Below, piece by piece: positions 27,331 to 37,125 of a stretch of 64,000 nt of DNA. The stretch's first letter is position 1. Every line of letters begins with the position of its first letter. Under the pieces are notes generated by a model, which worked only from the letters and a program-made list of their open reading frames with translations, made no database searches and was not told the origin of the DNA. The stretch comes from Ignavibacteriales bacterium. GTDB lineage: Bacteria > Bacteroidota > Ignavibacteria > UBA10030 > UBA6906. The stretch is from positions 1 through 64,000 of the forward strand of contig JBBIRR010000024.1 in NCBI GenBank assembly GCA_037441705.1. The letters are read 5' to 3'. The translations under genes and the position numbers were made by a program.

Positions 27331-29007
27331 ATGAATCAGCAAATCCTTGTTCTCGCAATCCTGTTCATGACAGGGTTCAACGGCGCGGCGCAGCAAGCCC
27401 ACTATACACCGCCTGCTGCGGCACAAGAAGTGCTCAAGCTCATCACCACAAACTCCCTCATGGGACACATTCGCTTTCTTTCGGATGATCTGCTCGAAGG
27501 GCGCGCGCCCGGCACGCGCGGCGACAAACTCGCGCAAACATACATCGCCGCACAGATGGAAGCTCTCGGTTTGCAGCCCGGCGGGAATGACGGCACATTC
27601 ATCCAACGCTTCCCCATCCTCTCGCTAACCGCAGACCCGTCGCTTTCGATCACAATCGCATCCAAGGACCGGGTGATGACACTGCAGTATGGCAGCGAGT
27701 TTGTCGGGGCGGCGGGAGTTCAGCAACCGCTCGTCGAAGTGCGTGATGCCGAGATTGTCTTCGTAGGCTACGGCATCGTGGCTCCCGAGCAAAAATGGGA
27801 CGACTACAAAGGAACCGACGTGCGCGGAAAGGTACTGCTCTTTCTCAATGACGACCCGCCGTCCGCCGATCCATCATTTTTCGGCGGGAAGGGCCGGACA
27901 TACTACGGCCGCTGGACGTACAAGTTCGAGATTGCGGCGGAGAAAGGCGCGGCCGGCGCTATCGTCATCCACACGAGAGAATCGGCAGGCTACGGATGGA
28001 ATGTGGTCGAAAACTCATGGACCGGCGAACAGTTCGAGCTGGAACGACGCGCCGACGCCGCGGCCACTCGCTTCAACGGCTGGACGTCCACAGCGACAAC
28101 GGAGAAGATTCTTGCGCAGGCAGGGTACTCGCTCTCCGAGCTGACCAAACGTGCGGCGTCTCGATCATTCAAGCCCCTTCCCCTCGGCCTCCGGCTCTCA
28201 ACGACCATCCGCACTGCCATCAAGCGGAGCGAAACGGCAAACGTTCTCGGCGTGCTTGCCGGCGCCGATTCCGTACTCAAGCACGAGGCAATAATCCTGA
28301 CGGCTCACTTCGATCATCTCGGCATCACCAAACCTGTCAACGGTGATTCGATCAACAACGGTGCGCTCGATAATGCAACCGGGGTGAGTGCCCTGCTCGA
28401 GATTGCCCGCCTGTTCGCTTCGATGCCTGAACGCCCGCGGCGTTCCCTGGTATTTGCAGCCGTCGGCGCTGAAGAATCCGGCACACTCGGTTCTCAGTAC
28501 TACGTCGAAAATCCAACGTTCCCTCTTCAGAAGATCGCCGCCAACATCAACATTGACGGCCTGAACATCTTCGGTCGCACAAAAGATGTGGTGATGATCG
28601 GACTCGGGAAGTCCACGATTGACAGCACGCTCAAAGCGGTTGCTTCATGGCAGGGACGCGCGGTCAAACCAGATCAGTTCCCCGAGCAGGGGTCGTTCTA
28701 CCGCTCCGATCAATTCAACTTTGCCCGCGTCGGCATTCCCTGCATGTACCTCGATGGCGGCGTTGAGTATCTTGGAAGGCCGGCGGATTTTGCAAAGCAG
28801 AAAGTTGACGAGTACATCATGCGACACTATCATCAGCCGAGCGATGAGATCCATGATGATTGGGATTTGCGCGGCGCAGTGGAGGACGTGCAGCTCATGT
28901 TCCTCGTCGCTAACGAGCTTGCAAATGCCGCCGATATGCCGCGCTGGAACAAGGGAGACGAATTTGAAGCAGCGCGGCTGCGAATGCTCGGGAATACCCT
29001 TCGCTGA
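27331..29007 (+). CDS. M28 metallopeptidase with PA domain
   Basis: TAHFDHLG, NGALDNATG, AEESG, RSDQF, YHQPSD. Confidence 0.92.
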   Translation: MNQQILVLAILFMTGFNGAAQQAHYTPPAAAQEVLKLITTNSLMGHIRFLSDDLLEGRAPGTRGDKLAQTYIAAQMEALGLQPGGNDGTFIQRFPILSLTADPSLSITIASKDRVMTLQYGSEFVGAAGVQQPLVEVRDAEIVFVGYGIVAPEQKWDDYKGTDVRGKVLLFLNDDPPSADPSFFGGKGRTYYGRWTYKFEIAAEKGAAGAIVIHTRESAGYGWNVVENSWTGEQFELERRADAAATRFNGWTSTATTEKILAQAGYSLSELTKRAASRSFKPLPLGLRLSTTIRTAIKRSETANVLGVLAGADSVLKHEAIILTAHFDHLGITKPVNGDSINNGALDNATGVSALLEIARLFASMPERPRRSLVFAAVGAEESGTLGSQYYVENPTFPLQKIAANINIDGLNIFGRTKDVVMIGLGKSTIDSTLKAVASWQGRAVKPDQFPEQGSFYRSDQFNFARVGIPCMYLDGGVEYLGRPADFAKQKVDEYIMRHYHQPSDEIHDDWDLRGAVEDVQLMFLVANELANAADMPRWNKGDEFEAARLRMLGNTLR

Positions 29008-29031
29008 ACATACTCACAACTGGAGACAACG

Positions 29032-29535
29032 ATGATTCGCACCATTTCCGACTTCGAACACCTCTGGTCCGCCGAGCTTGAGCGGACGCAGAAGGTTTTC
29101 AAACATCTCACCAACGAATCACTGACAAGAGTCATCCACCCCGAGGTACGGACATTGGGCCGCCTCGCCTGGCACATCACAACAATGATCCCCGAGATGG
29201 GCGGAAAAATGGGACTGACGCTCGCAGGCCCGAAGGAAAACGACCCCATGCCGGCAACCGCGAAGGAAATCTTCAGGGGCTACAGCGAAGTGGCAATCTC
29301 ATTGCTGGAGGAAGTGAAAAAGAACTGGACGGATGCCACGCTGGAGGTTGTTGACGACATGTACGGTCAGAAATGGAAACGCGGGCACTCGCTGCAGGGA
29401 TTCATCGTTCACGAAATTCATCACCGCGGCGAAATGATCGTGTTGATGCGCATAGCCGGACTCGCGGTCCCCGGCCTGTACGGCCCGACGCGCGAGGAGT
29501 GGGCACAGTACAGCATGCAGCCGCCGGAGGTGTGA
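29032..29535 (+). CDS. DinB-family protein
   Basis: RTLGRLAWHI, HEIHHRGEM, PGLYGP. Confidence 0.85.
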   Translation: MIRTISDFEHLWSAELERTQKVFKHLTNESLTRVIHPEVRTLGRLAWHITTMIPEMGGKMGLTLAGPKENDPMPATAKEIFRGYSEVAISLLEEVKKNWTDATLEVVDDMYGQKWKRGHSLQGFIVHEIHHRGEMIVLMRIAGLAVPGLYGPTREEWAQYSMQPPEV

Positions 29536-29551
29536 AGCTGGCTATTCGTCT

Positions 29552-30322
29552 ATGAACTCAGTGCCCTCGTTCGACAAGGATCATTTTTCGAAACAATCAG
29601 CCGAGTACGCCCAATACCGGCCGGGCTATCCGAACGAATTGTTCGCATACCTCGCCTCCATCACACCCGAACACGAGCTGGCGGTTGATTGTGCAACCGG
29701 CAACGGGCAGGCGGCGGTCGGGCTTGCGCGGCATTTCGAGCGCGTGATTGCGATCGACAGAAGCGCGGAACAGCTTGCACACGCACCCCATCATCCGAAG
29801 ATCACCTACCGGCTCGGAAGTGCGGAAGCCATCGGCCTGCCAACGCGCTCGGTCGATCTTGTTGCTACGGCGCAGGCGCTGCACTGGTTCGCGCTCGATC
29901 CATTCTACGACGAAGTTCGGCGGGTGCTGAAGCCAGGCGGCGTTTTTGCTGCATGGACGTACTATCTGAACACAATAACGCCGGCAATTGACGCCATCAT
30001 TCGTCACTATCATGACGAAATCCTCCGGACGTACTGGCCGCCGGAACGGAAGTTTCTCACGGACGGCTACCGTTCACTCCCCTTCCCGTTTCGTGAACTC
30101 ACACCACCTCGCATTGAAATGGTAAGCGAATGGACGTTGGATCATCTCATCGGCTACCTGCGGTCATGGTCGGCAACGCAGAGATACATCGACCAGAACA
30201 ATGCAAATCCGCTTGACCTTATCACGCAGAAACTCTCCGACGCATGGGGCAGCCCGACGGAGATGCGCCGTATAAGCTGGCCGCTCACGCTGCGCATAGG
30301 CAGCGCAGGAGAGAGGCTCTGA
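29552..30322 (+). CDS. Class I SAM methyltransferase
   Basis: DCATGNGQ, AQALHWF, LKPGG. Confidence 0.9.
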   Translation: MNSVPSFDKDHFSKQSAEYAQYRPGYPNELFAYLASITPEHELAVDCATGNGQAAVGLARHFERVIAIDRSAEQLAHAPHHPKITYRLGSAEAIGLPTRSVDLVATAQALHWFALDPFYDEVRRVLKPGGVFAAWTYYLNTITPAIDAIIRHYHDEILRTYWPPERKFLTDGYRSLPFPFRELTPPRIEMVSEWTLDHLIGYLRSWSATQRYIDQNNANPLDLITQKLSDAWGSPTEMRRISWPLTLRIGSAGERL

Positions 30323-30383
30323 CCTCACGTTTGTCTGTCCGCTGCATTGATTCGCAGGGAGGCTTTGCGTATCATTAAACGGC

Positions 30384-31067
30384 ATGCCGAACGATACGCT
30401 CATTGATGTGAGACGATTTCGATTCCGTGAACCGGTGAACGGCCTCACCCACGCAGCGGGCGCGTTGCTTGCCGTGGTTGCATTGCTGGTGCTGGTAGGC
30501 GCCGCTGCGGGTGCCAATAAGCCGCAGCATGTCGTCGCTTTTTCCATTTACGGGTCAAGCCTCATCCTCTTGTACACATCGAGCGCGTTGTATCACCTTC
30601 TCCCTGCAGGCGAGCACATGGTTCTCGTTCTTCGTCGGATCGATCACATGATGATCTATGTGCTTATTGCGGGAACGTACACACCCATCTGCATGATTGC
30701 TTTGCCGGACGCGTGGGGAACGGCGATCCTTCTCGTCATCTGGCTCGTAGCCGTTGCCGGCATGTTCTTTAGCGCGTTCCGGCTGGACGCCCCGCGATGG
30801 CTTTCTACATCGCTTTATGTCTTGATGGGATGGATGGCCGTTGTTGCCATCGTTCCGTTGGTTCGAGCGCTGACGGTGGAAGGACTGGTCTGGCTGTTTG
30901 CAGGCGGGGCGTTTTACACCGTCGGTTCGGTGATGTACGGCATGAAGAAACCGAATCCGCTCCCGGGCATTCTCGGCTTTCACGAAATCTGGCACCTGTT
31001 TGTGTTGGCAGGAAGCTTCTGTCATTTCATGCTCATGCTCCGATCAATCTTGCCGATGACGGAATGA
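30384..31067 (+). CDS. trhA: Hemolysin III/PAQR membrane protein
   Basis: SALYH, DHMMIYVLIAGTYTP, FHEIWHLFV. Confidence 0.9.
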   Translation: MPNDTLIDVRRFRFREPVNGLTHAAGALLAVVALLVLVGAAAGANKPQHVVAFSIYGSSLILLYTSSALYHLLPAGEHMVLVLRRIDHMMIYVLIAGTYTPICMIALPDAWGTAILLVIWLVAVAGMFFSAFRLDAPRWLSTSLYVLMGWMAVVAIVPLVRALTVEGLVWLFAGGAFYTVGSVMYGMKKPNPLPGILGFHEIWHLFVLAGSFCHFMLMLRSILPMTE

Positions 31068-31648
31068 AACGAATGATACCGTGGCTTGCATGTGCCGCCG
31101 GGCTTCTGTTCGGAAGGGGATTCGCGCAAGAGCCGGAAGAATCTCTTCGGCACCTGCCCACGCCGGCGTTAGATGCAGCCGAAGCGACAGCTCGCTGTCC
31201 GCAGGATGTTGATACGCTGCTGCAGGTACTTCTGCGCGAGCTATCGCTTCATGCCGATCGGGACGGCAGTAATGAGGATGCAGCGAATCAGCATCTTCGT
31301 TTGCAGATGGCGTTCTTCAGCAAAGCGCAGAAGGAGCTTGAGCGGAACATTCTTGCCGCCGGAGAGCAAATTGACAAAGACATCCGAAATTGTCCACGAG
31401 CTGCAAACCAGAAGGGCGAGCGCGTGTACGATCCGGCATGCGTCGAGGCAGCAGAACAGCGGGGCCGCCGTCAGCGCATTGAAGCAGTGGATCACTACCT
31501 TTCGTCAATTCATCACCTCTGGCCCGCATATCTTGATTCGACTCGACGCATCATTGCGGAGACAAGGAATGGGAAATGGCGTATCGTTCTTCGCGTGGCC
31601 ACCGATATCGCGACAATCACACAAACGGCAGCCGAATTCGCGCGATAG
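31064..31648 (+). CDS. Hypothetical secreted helical protein
   Basis: Signal peptide MKRMIPWLAC; ATGA overlap with the upstream gene. Confidence 0.65.
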   Translation: MKRMIPWLACAAGLLFGRGFAQEPEESLRHLPTPALDAAEATARCPQDVDTLLQVLLRELSLHADRDGSNEDAANQHLRLQMAFFSKAQKELERNILAAGEQIDKDIRNCPRAANQKGERVYDPACVEAAEQRGRRQRIEAVDHYLSSIHHLWPAYLDSTRRIIAETRNGKWRIVLRVATDIATITQTAAEFAR

Positions 31649-31715
31649 GCGAGAACCGTCGTAGAATTCACGCGGCCCGTTGAGCGTTACCATTCATTCA
31701 AGGAGGAACCCCATC

Positions 31716-32699
31716 ATGAAAAGAATGCTCACCGTACTCGTGCTCTGCACAAGCATTGCAACAGCACAGCACAATCTCTCTCGTCCCGTTCATACCTACT
31801 CGATTGTTGCACGCGACACTGTCACGGGCGAAATGGGGGTCGCTGTGCAATCGCATTGGTTCAGTGTCGGCTCAATAGTGACGTGGGCGGAGGCGGGCGT
31901 GGGCGCGGTTGCTACGCAGTCATTCGTTGATCCGGCCTACGGGCCGCTGGGACTCGATCTGATGCGTGCCGGAAAGACGGCACAGCAGGCTCTCCAATCG
32001 CTGCTTGCATCGGATCCGGGCAGGGACGTTCGGCAGGTGGCGATGATTGACGCGAACGGAAACGTTGCCGCTCACACCGGAAGCAAATGTATCCAGGGCG
32101 CGGGACATATTGTGGGCCGCAATTACTCCGTGCAAGCCAATCTCATGCTCAACGACAAAGTCTGGCCTGCCATGTCGAAAGCCTTCGAGACGGCTCAAGG
32201 CAACCTTGCCGATCGCATGATGGCCGCCCTCGATGCCGCCGAGGCGGTCGGAGGAGACATACGCGGAAAGCAATCTGCCGCAATTCTGATCGTCAAACCG
32301 AAATCCACCGGACGCTCCTGGGCCGACCGTGTGATGGAATTACGTGTAGAAGATCATGAGGAGCCGCTGAAGGAGCTTCGACGTTTGATCCGCGTGCATC
32401 GCGCGTACGAGCACATGAACGCCGGCGATCTGGCCGTCGAGCACGGCGATGTCGATGCTGCACTCCGTGAGTATGGGGCCGCCGAAGCAATGTTTCCCGA
32501 AAACCTTGAAATGAAGTTCTGGCACGCGGTCGCGCTGGTTAATGTTGGAAGAACGAAGGAATCCCTCCCTCTCTTCAAAACGATTTTTGCGAAAGATATG
32601 AACTGGGCGACTCTCGTGCCGCGGCTGCCCTCTTCCGGCATCTTGAATGCCGACGAGAAGACGATCAAGGAAATCCTTTCCGTCGCGCCGAAAAAATAG
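31716..32699 (+). CDS. DUF1028 (Ntn-hydrolase-like) protein with TPR-like tail
   Basis: HTYSIVARD, GVGAVATQS, GGDIRGKQSAA. Confidence 0.88.
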   Translation: MKRMLTVLVLCTSIATAQHNLSRPVHTYSIVARDTVTGEMGVAVQSHWFSVGSIVTWAEAGVGAVATQSFVDPAYGPLGLDLMRAGKTAQQALQSLLASDPGRDVRQVAMIDANGNVAAHTGSKCIQGAGHIVGRNYSVQANLMLNDKVWPAMSKAFETAQGNLADRMMAALDAAEAVGGDIRGKQSAAILIVKPKSTGRSWADRVMELRVEDHEEPLKELRRLIRVHRAYEHMNAGDLAVEHGDVDAALREYGAAEAMFPENLEMKFWHAVALVNVGRTKESLPLFKTIFAKDMNWATLVPRLPSSGILNADEKTIKEILSVAPKK

Positions 32700-32715
32700 C
32701 GCTCTGGATGAAAGC

Positions 32716-34218
32716 ATGACACCACAACCACAACCGTCTGTCCTCCGCTCGTTCCCCAAAGTTTTCTGGGTTGCCAACGTGATGGAGCTGTTCGAGCGAG
32801 CCGCGTACTACGGACTCAACTCCGTCCTCGCCATCTATCTCACCAACTCCATCGCGGAAGGCGGACTCGGCTTCTCGGAGCAATCCGTCGGGTTCCTGCA
32901 GGGACTCATTTACGCTCTCACGTACATCATTCCGATCCTTGGCGGCGCGCTCGCAGACCGCTATGGGTACAGACGCATGCTGCTTGTGGCGTTCTCGTTC
33001 CTCACCGCCGGTTACTTCCTCAGTGGACAGGCGAGCGCGTACGGTGTGGTGTTCTCCGCGCTTCTCGTGATGGCTACCGGGGCGGGACTGTTCAAGCCCA
33101 TCATCTCGGGAACCCTCGCCCGAACGACGAACGAGTCCAACTCCGGCTTCGGATTCGGCGTGTACTATTGGATGATCAACCTCGGCGCATTCCTCGCGCC
33201 GCTGGTGGTCAATTACATCAAAGGATTTTCGTGGAGTTACGTCTTCATCGCTTCGTCGCTGTACTGCGCGCTCATGCTGATTCCGACTCTTTTCCTCTAC
33301 AAAGATCCACCCAGACCGGAAAGCACAAAGACGTTGAAGGAAGTGCTGAGCGGCGCAGCAATGGTGCTGGGCGATGCGCGCTTCATGCTGATGATCTTCG
33401 TCTATTCCGGATTTTGGATTCTCTATTTTCAGAATTTTGGCTCGGTACTCTGGTTCCTGCGCGACTTCATTGACCCAACTCCGGTGAATACCCTCTTCGC
33501 ATCGCTCGGTCTCGGCATGACATTCGACGCGGAGTTCGTCACCATCATCAACGCCGGAACGATCATCCTCCTACAAGTCGTCGTCAGCCGCATCGTCAAA
33601 GACATCAAGCCTCTGCCGACAATGATCAGCGGAATGATCATCGGTGCCCTCGGATTCGTCTGTCTTGCCTTTGCACACAACGCCTGGATTTTCATCCTCG
33701 GCATCGCCGTCTTCTCCATCGGCGAGATGACTGCGCATCCCAAGTACTACAGCTACATCGGCCTCGTCGCCCCGGCAGACAAGAAGGCGGTGTACATGGG
33801 CTATGCATTTTTGTATGGAGTGATTGGCAGTCTCGTTGGCTCCAACCTCGGCGGCGTACTGTACGAAGAGATGCTCAAACCTATCGTCGGGCAGTCCGGA
33901 GTCGAGCTGGTGTACAGAAACTTCTGGTTGATGTTTGCCCTGTTAGATGTTGTGGCCGTTGCGGGATTGCTGTTGTACAATCGCTACTTCGCTGCGGACA
34001 CGCCTGCAACCAACGCGAGAGCACGACAGATCATGCTTGCCATCTACTCAGTCCTTATCATCCTTGGCGGATGGTTTTTCTACAGCTCGACGTTTGAGGG
34101 AGAGACTGTCGCGTACAAGACTCTTGTGCAATCAGCAATCATGTTGGTGCTTGGAGCAGGAGGCGTGTACATAAGCATGAAGCAACGACAGTTACCGATC
34201 TCGCACAATAGCAACTAG
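32716..34218 (+). CDS. MFS/POT-type peptide transporter
   Basis: ELFERAAYYG, GGALADRYG, many TM segments. Confidence 0.88.
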   Translation: MTPQPQPSVLRSFPKVFWVANVMELFERAAYYGLNSVLAIYLTNSIAEGGLGFSEQSVGFLQGLIYALTYIIPILGGALADRYGYRRMLLVAFSFLTAGYFLSGQASAYGVVFSALLVMATGAGLFKPIISGTLARTTNESNSGFGFGVYYWMINLGAFLAPLVVNYIKGFSWSYVFIASSLYCALMLIPTLFLYKDPPRPESTKTLKEVLSGAAMVLGDARFMLMIFVYSGFWILYFQNFGSVLWFLRDFIDPTPVNTLFASLGLGMTFDAEFVTIINAGTIILLQVVVSRIVKDIKPLPTMISGMIIGALGFVCLAFAHNAWIFILGIAVFSIGEMTAHPKYYSYIGLVAPADKKAVYMGYAFLYGVIGSLVGSNLGGVLYEEMLKPIVGQSGVELVYRNFWLMFALLDVVAVAGLLLYNRYFAADTPATNARARQIMLAIYSVLIILGGWFFYSSTFEGETVAYKTLVQSAIMLVLGAGGVYISMKQRQLPISHNSN

Positions 34219-34317
34219 AACCTGCGCCTCGCGCTGCGATGCGCTCGTTCCCATGCAGGCTTGAATTCGTACATGTTTCTGTGTAGCTTCTTGTGTAAGA
34301 ATTCGGAGTAGTTACTC

Positions 34318-34518
34318 ATGCCGACAAATCTCGCAATAGATCAGGACCTCTTGGAGCAAGCTCTGAAATCCGGAGGGCGTAAGACAAAACGAGAAACTGT
34401 CAACGAAGCTTTGGCCGAATATGTTCGACGTCGAAAGCAGCAAGAGATTCTCGACCTCTTTGGCAAGATAAGCTACATGAAGGGCTATAACTACAAGCGG
34501 CATCGGAAGCGAACATGA
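34318..34518 (+). CDS. VapB-family antitoxin
   Basis: MPTNLAID...KTKRETVNEAL. Confidence 0.85.
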   Translation: MPTNLAIDQDLLEQALKSGGRKTKRETVNEALAEYVRRRKQQEILDLFGKISYMKGYNYKRHRKRT

Positions 34519-34916
34519 GCGTGCTCGTGGATACAAGTGTGTGGTCGTTAGTTCTACGGAGGACAGCGGCGCGCAATACCCGTTGGAAGGAGGAGATGAA
34601 AGAACTCGTACGCCAGTCACGCGTCAGAATGATCGGCCCAATTCGGCAGGAAATCTTGTCCGGTATTCGTGAACGCAAGGAATTTGAGTTGCTCAGGGAG
34701 CGTCTGTCGGCTTTCCCCGATGTTGAAATCGTAACCACAGATTATGAACGGGCTGCGGAACTTTTCAATGCATGTCGTGCCAGAGGGGTTCAGGGATCTC
34801 ATACGGACTTCTTGATTTGTGCCGTCGCACTACACCACGATTGGGAGATCTTTACCAATGACTCGGACTTTCGACGATATGAAAGGATTGTGAGCATCAA
34901 GCTTTATCGAATGTGA
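34515..34916 (+). CDS. VapC PIN toxin
   Basis: VLVDTSVW, QEILSG, DFLICA, TNDSDF. Confidence 0.9.
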   Translation: MSVLVDTSVWSLVLRRTAARNTRWKEEMKELVRQSRVRMIGPIRQEILSGIRERKEFELLRERLSAFPDVEIVTTDYERAAELFNACRARGVQGSHTDFLICAVALHHDWEIFTNDSDFRRYERIVSIKLYRM

Positions 34917-34992
34917 GTCACTTGGACAATCCTCGCACAACGATTCTCCGCATTCTAACAGTCACACTTAATCCTTCGCAGTCGGTCAATCT

Positions 34993-36108
34993 ATGCCGCT
35001 CCCCTTCTCGGGCATTCTGGAACTGGATCCAAAGCGCTTCGGCTTCGTACGGCCGTTATCCTTGACGATGAGGCAAGCGCGGGGCGATGTATTTGTGGCG
35101 ACGTCACTCATCGCGCAACTACAACTGCGTGCGGGAGCGTTCATTGAAGGAAACGCCACAGAGCGCAAAGGGAAAAGCCCGGAAGCGCAAGCGATTGAGC
35201 GCATCAATGGGCTGACGCCCCGCGAATGGTCGAAGGTGAGAGAGTTCTCGGAACATGAAGTCGTTTCGCCGAACGAGGTCATCAAGCTCGAAGGCGCCGA
35301 TGCCACTCCCGCCGGACGTCTCGGCGCGATTCCGATGCGCGTGGTGGATTTGTTCTGCCCGGTCGGCAAGGGACAGCGCGCTTTGATCGTGTCTCCTCCC
35401 AAAGCGGGCAAGACGATGTTGATGCAGCAGCTTGCACATGCCATCAGCTACAATAATCCCGAAATCGAGTTGTTAGTGTTGCTGATTGATGAACGTCCCG
35501 AAGAAGTGACGGACATGAAACGCTCGATCAAAGGCGAAGTCTTCGCCAGCTCCAGCGACAGCGAACGGGGAATGCATGTCCGGCTCGCTCAACTCGTGCT
35601 GGAGTACGCAAAGCGCAAAGTGGAAATCGGGAAGGATGTCGTCGTCCTGCTGGATTCTCTGACTCGACTGGGGAGGGCATTCAACATCCATCAGAGGAGC
35701 AGCGGAAGGACGCTCTCGGGCGGTGTGGATGCGCGTGCACTGGAAATCCCGAAGCGCATTTTCGGCGCTGCACGCAAGTGTGAGGACGGCGGGTCGCTCA
35801 CCATCATAGCGACTGCACTCGTCAACACGGGTTCGCGCATGGATGAGTTGATTTTTCAAGAGTTCAAAGGGACGGGAAACATGGAATTGGTTCTCGACCG
35901 CGACCTTGCCAACGAGCGTATTTTCCCCGCTATCAACCTTGCACTTTCAGGAACGCGACGCGAAGAACTCCTCTTCGGCGAAGCAACAGCGCAGCACCAG
36001 AAGCTCCGCCGTGCCATCGCCCGCATGTCGCCCCGCGAAGCGATGCTCGCCGTCCACAAGCTTCTGGCGCAGTACCCGACGAACGAGATGTTGCTGGCAA
36101 AGCTATAG
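34993..36108 (+). CDS. rho: Transcription termination factor Rho, short form
   Basis: FGFVR, SPPKAGKT, IDERPEEVTD, DSLTRLGRA, EFKGTGNME, SGTRREELL. Confidence 0.9.
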   Translation: MPLPFSGILELDPKRFGFVRPLSLTMRQARGDVFVATSLIAQLQLRAGAFIEGNATERKGKSPEAQAIERINGLTPREWSKVREFSEHEVVSPNEVIKLEGADATPAGRLGAIPMRVVDLFCPVGKGQRALIVSPPKAGKTMLMQQLAHAISYNNPEIELLVLLIDERPEEVTDMKRSIKGEVFASSSDSERGMHVRLAQLVLEYAKRKVEIGKDVVVLLDSLTRLGRAFNIHQRSSGRTLSGGVDARALEIPKRIFGAARKCEDGGSLTIIATALVNTGSRMDELIFQEFKGTGNMELVLDRDLANERIFPAINLALSGTRREELLFGEATAQHQKLRRAIARMSPREAMLAVHKLLAQYPTNEMLLAKL

Positions 36109-36111
36109 CTT

Positions 36112-36217
36112 TCCACCAAGGCCACGAAGGTGCACGAAGGGAAAACACTATTGGTCTCAATAAAAACTACCCAACAACCCTCTTCGTGGTTCCGTGTCCT
36201 TCGTGGATGAACATACA
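36112..36217. repeat. ~105-bp palindromic REP-like element, copy 1
   Basis: TCCAC..CACGAAG..CACGAAG arm, AAAAACTACCCAACAACCC core, CTTCGTG..CTTCGTGGA arm. Confidence 0.85.
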
Positions 36218-36267
36218 GCAAGGCTCTTTTCGTTCTTTTCCATTTACCAATCTCCAAAAGGTGGGTT

Positions 36268-36598
36268 ATGGAACTGATCTTCAAAGAGGAAGTTTACGAA
36301 ATTATCGCAGCCGCCATCGAGGTGCACAGAGAAATGGGGCCGGGTTTCTTGGAACCCGTGTATCAGGAATGTCTAGAATACGAATTGACGGACCGTCGCC
36401 TCCCGTTCAATTCCCAAGCTGAATTGAAGATTCGTTACAAGAAAAGGTTTCTCAAGAAAAAGTATGTTGCCGATTTCATAGTCGTGACAAGATTATTGTC
36501 GAACTAAAAGCAGAGGATTCGCTGACGACTAAGGATCAGTCTCAGCTACTCAACTATCTCAAGGCAACGGGCTTGCGGGTCGGCGTACTGAGAGGCTG
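36268..36598 (+). pseudogene. GxxExxY protein, frameshifted and truncated
   Basis: GPGFLEPVYQE; frameshift near 36485 to DKIIVELKA...LLNYLKATGLRVG; the usual INFG tail is missing. Confidence 0.85.
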
Positions 36599-36706
36599 TC
36601 CACAAAGAACACGAAGATGCACGAAGGCGAAACGGTATTGGTATCAGCAAAAACTACCCAACAACCCTCTTCGTGGTTCTTCGTGTCCTTCGTGGATGAA
36701 CATACA
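36599..36706. repeat. REP-like element, copy 2 (direct repeat of 36112-36217)
   Basis: Shares AAAAACTACCCAACAACCCTCTTCGTGGTTC and GTGTCCTTCGTGGATGAACATACA with copy 1. Confidence 0.85.
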
Positions 36707-37044
36707 TGACACAAGAAGAGGCGCTGAGTCATATTGAGCACGAGATCGCCACGGCACACGAGGCAATGCGCAAAGGAAATGACGGGATGGCACGCGTTTG
36801 TGCGCGCCGGGCAGCAGGCGTTGCAATCACCTTCTGGCTCGAAAGCCATCCCGGTGTTCGGTGGGGCATGGACGCAATGAGTCAGCTTCGCGCGCTGCAG
36901 ACGGATGAGTCCTTTCCGCCCGAGGTTCGCTCCGCCGCAGCCCGACTTACGACGAAAGTCACCGAGCAGTTCACCTCACCCTTCTCCACTCACCCCGTTG
37001 ACGACGCACGAGTGATTGCGGACTACTTCCTGCGTGAGCATTGA
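36706..37044 (+). CDS. Hypothetical protein
   Basis: 112-aa ORF, GNDGMARVCARRAAG. Confidence 0.7.
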   Translation: MTQEEALSHIEHEIATAHEAMRKGNDGMARVCARRAAGVAITFWLESHPGVRWGMDAMSQLRALQTDESFPPEVRSAAARLTTKVTEQFTSPFSTHPVDDARVIADYFLREH

Positions 37045-37125
37045 ATGCAACATCCCCCACGGGCGTGCTCAGCCTCCGGTCAGGAGGCCGAGCTCCGGTA
37101 TTCATCGCCAACACACACATCCCCC

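Noticed and set aside
36112-36706. Repeats as a CRISPR array or IS ends
   Set aside because: Only two long copies, with no spacers, cas genes or transposase.
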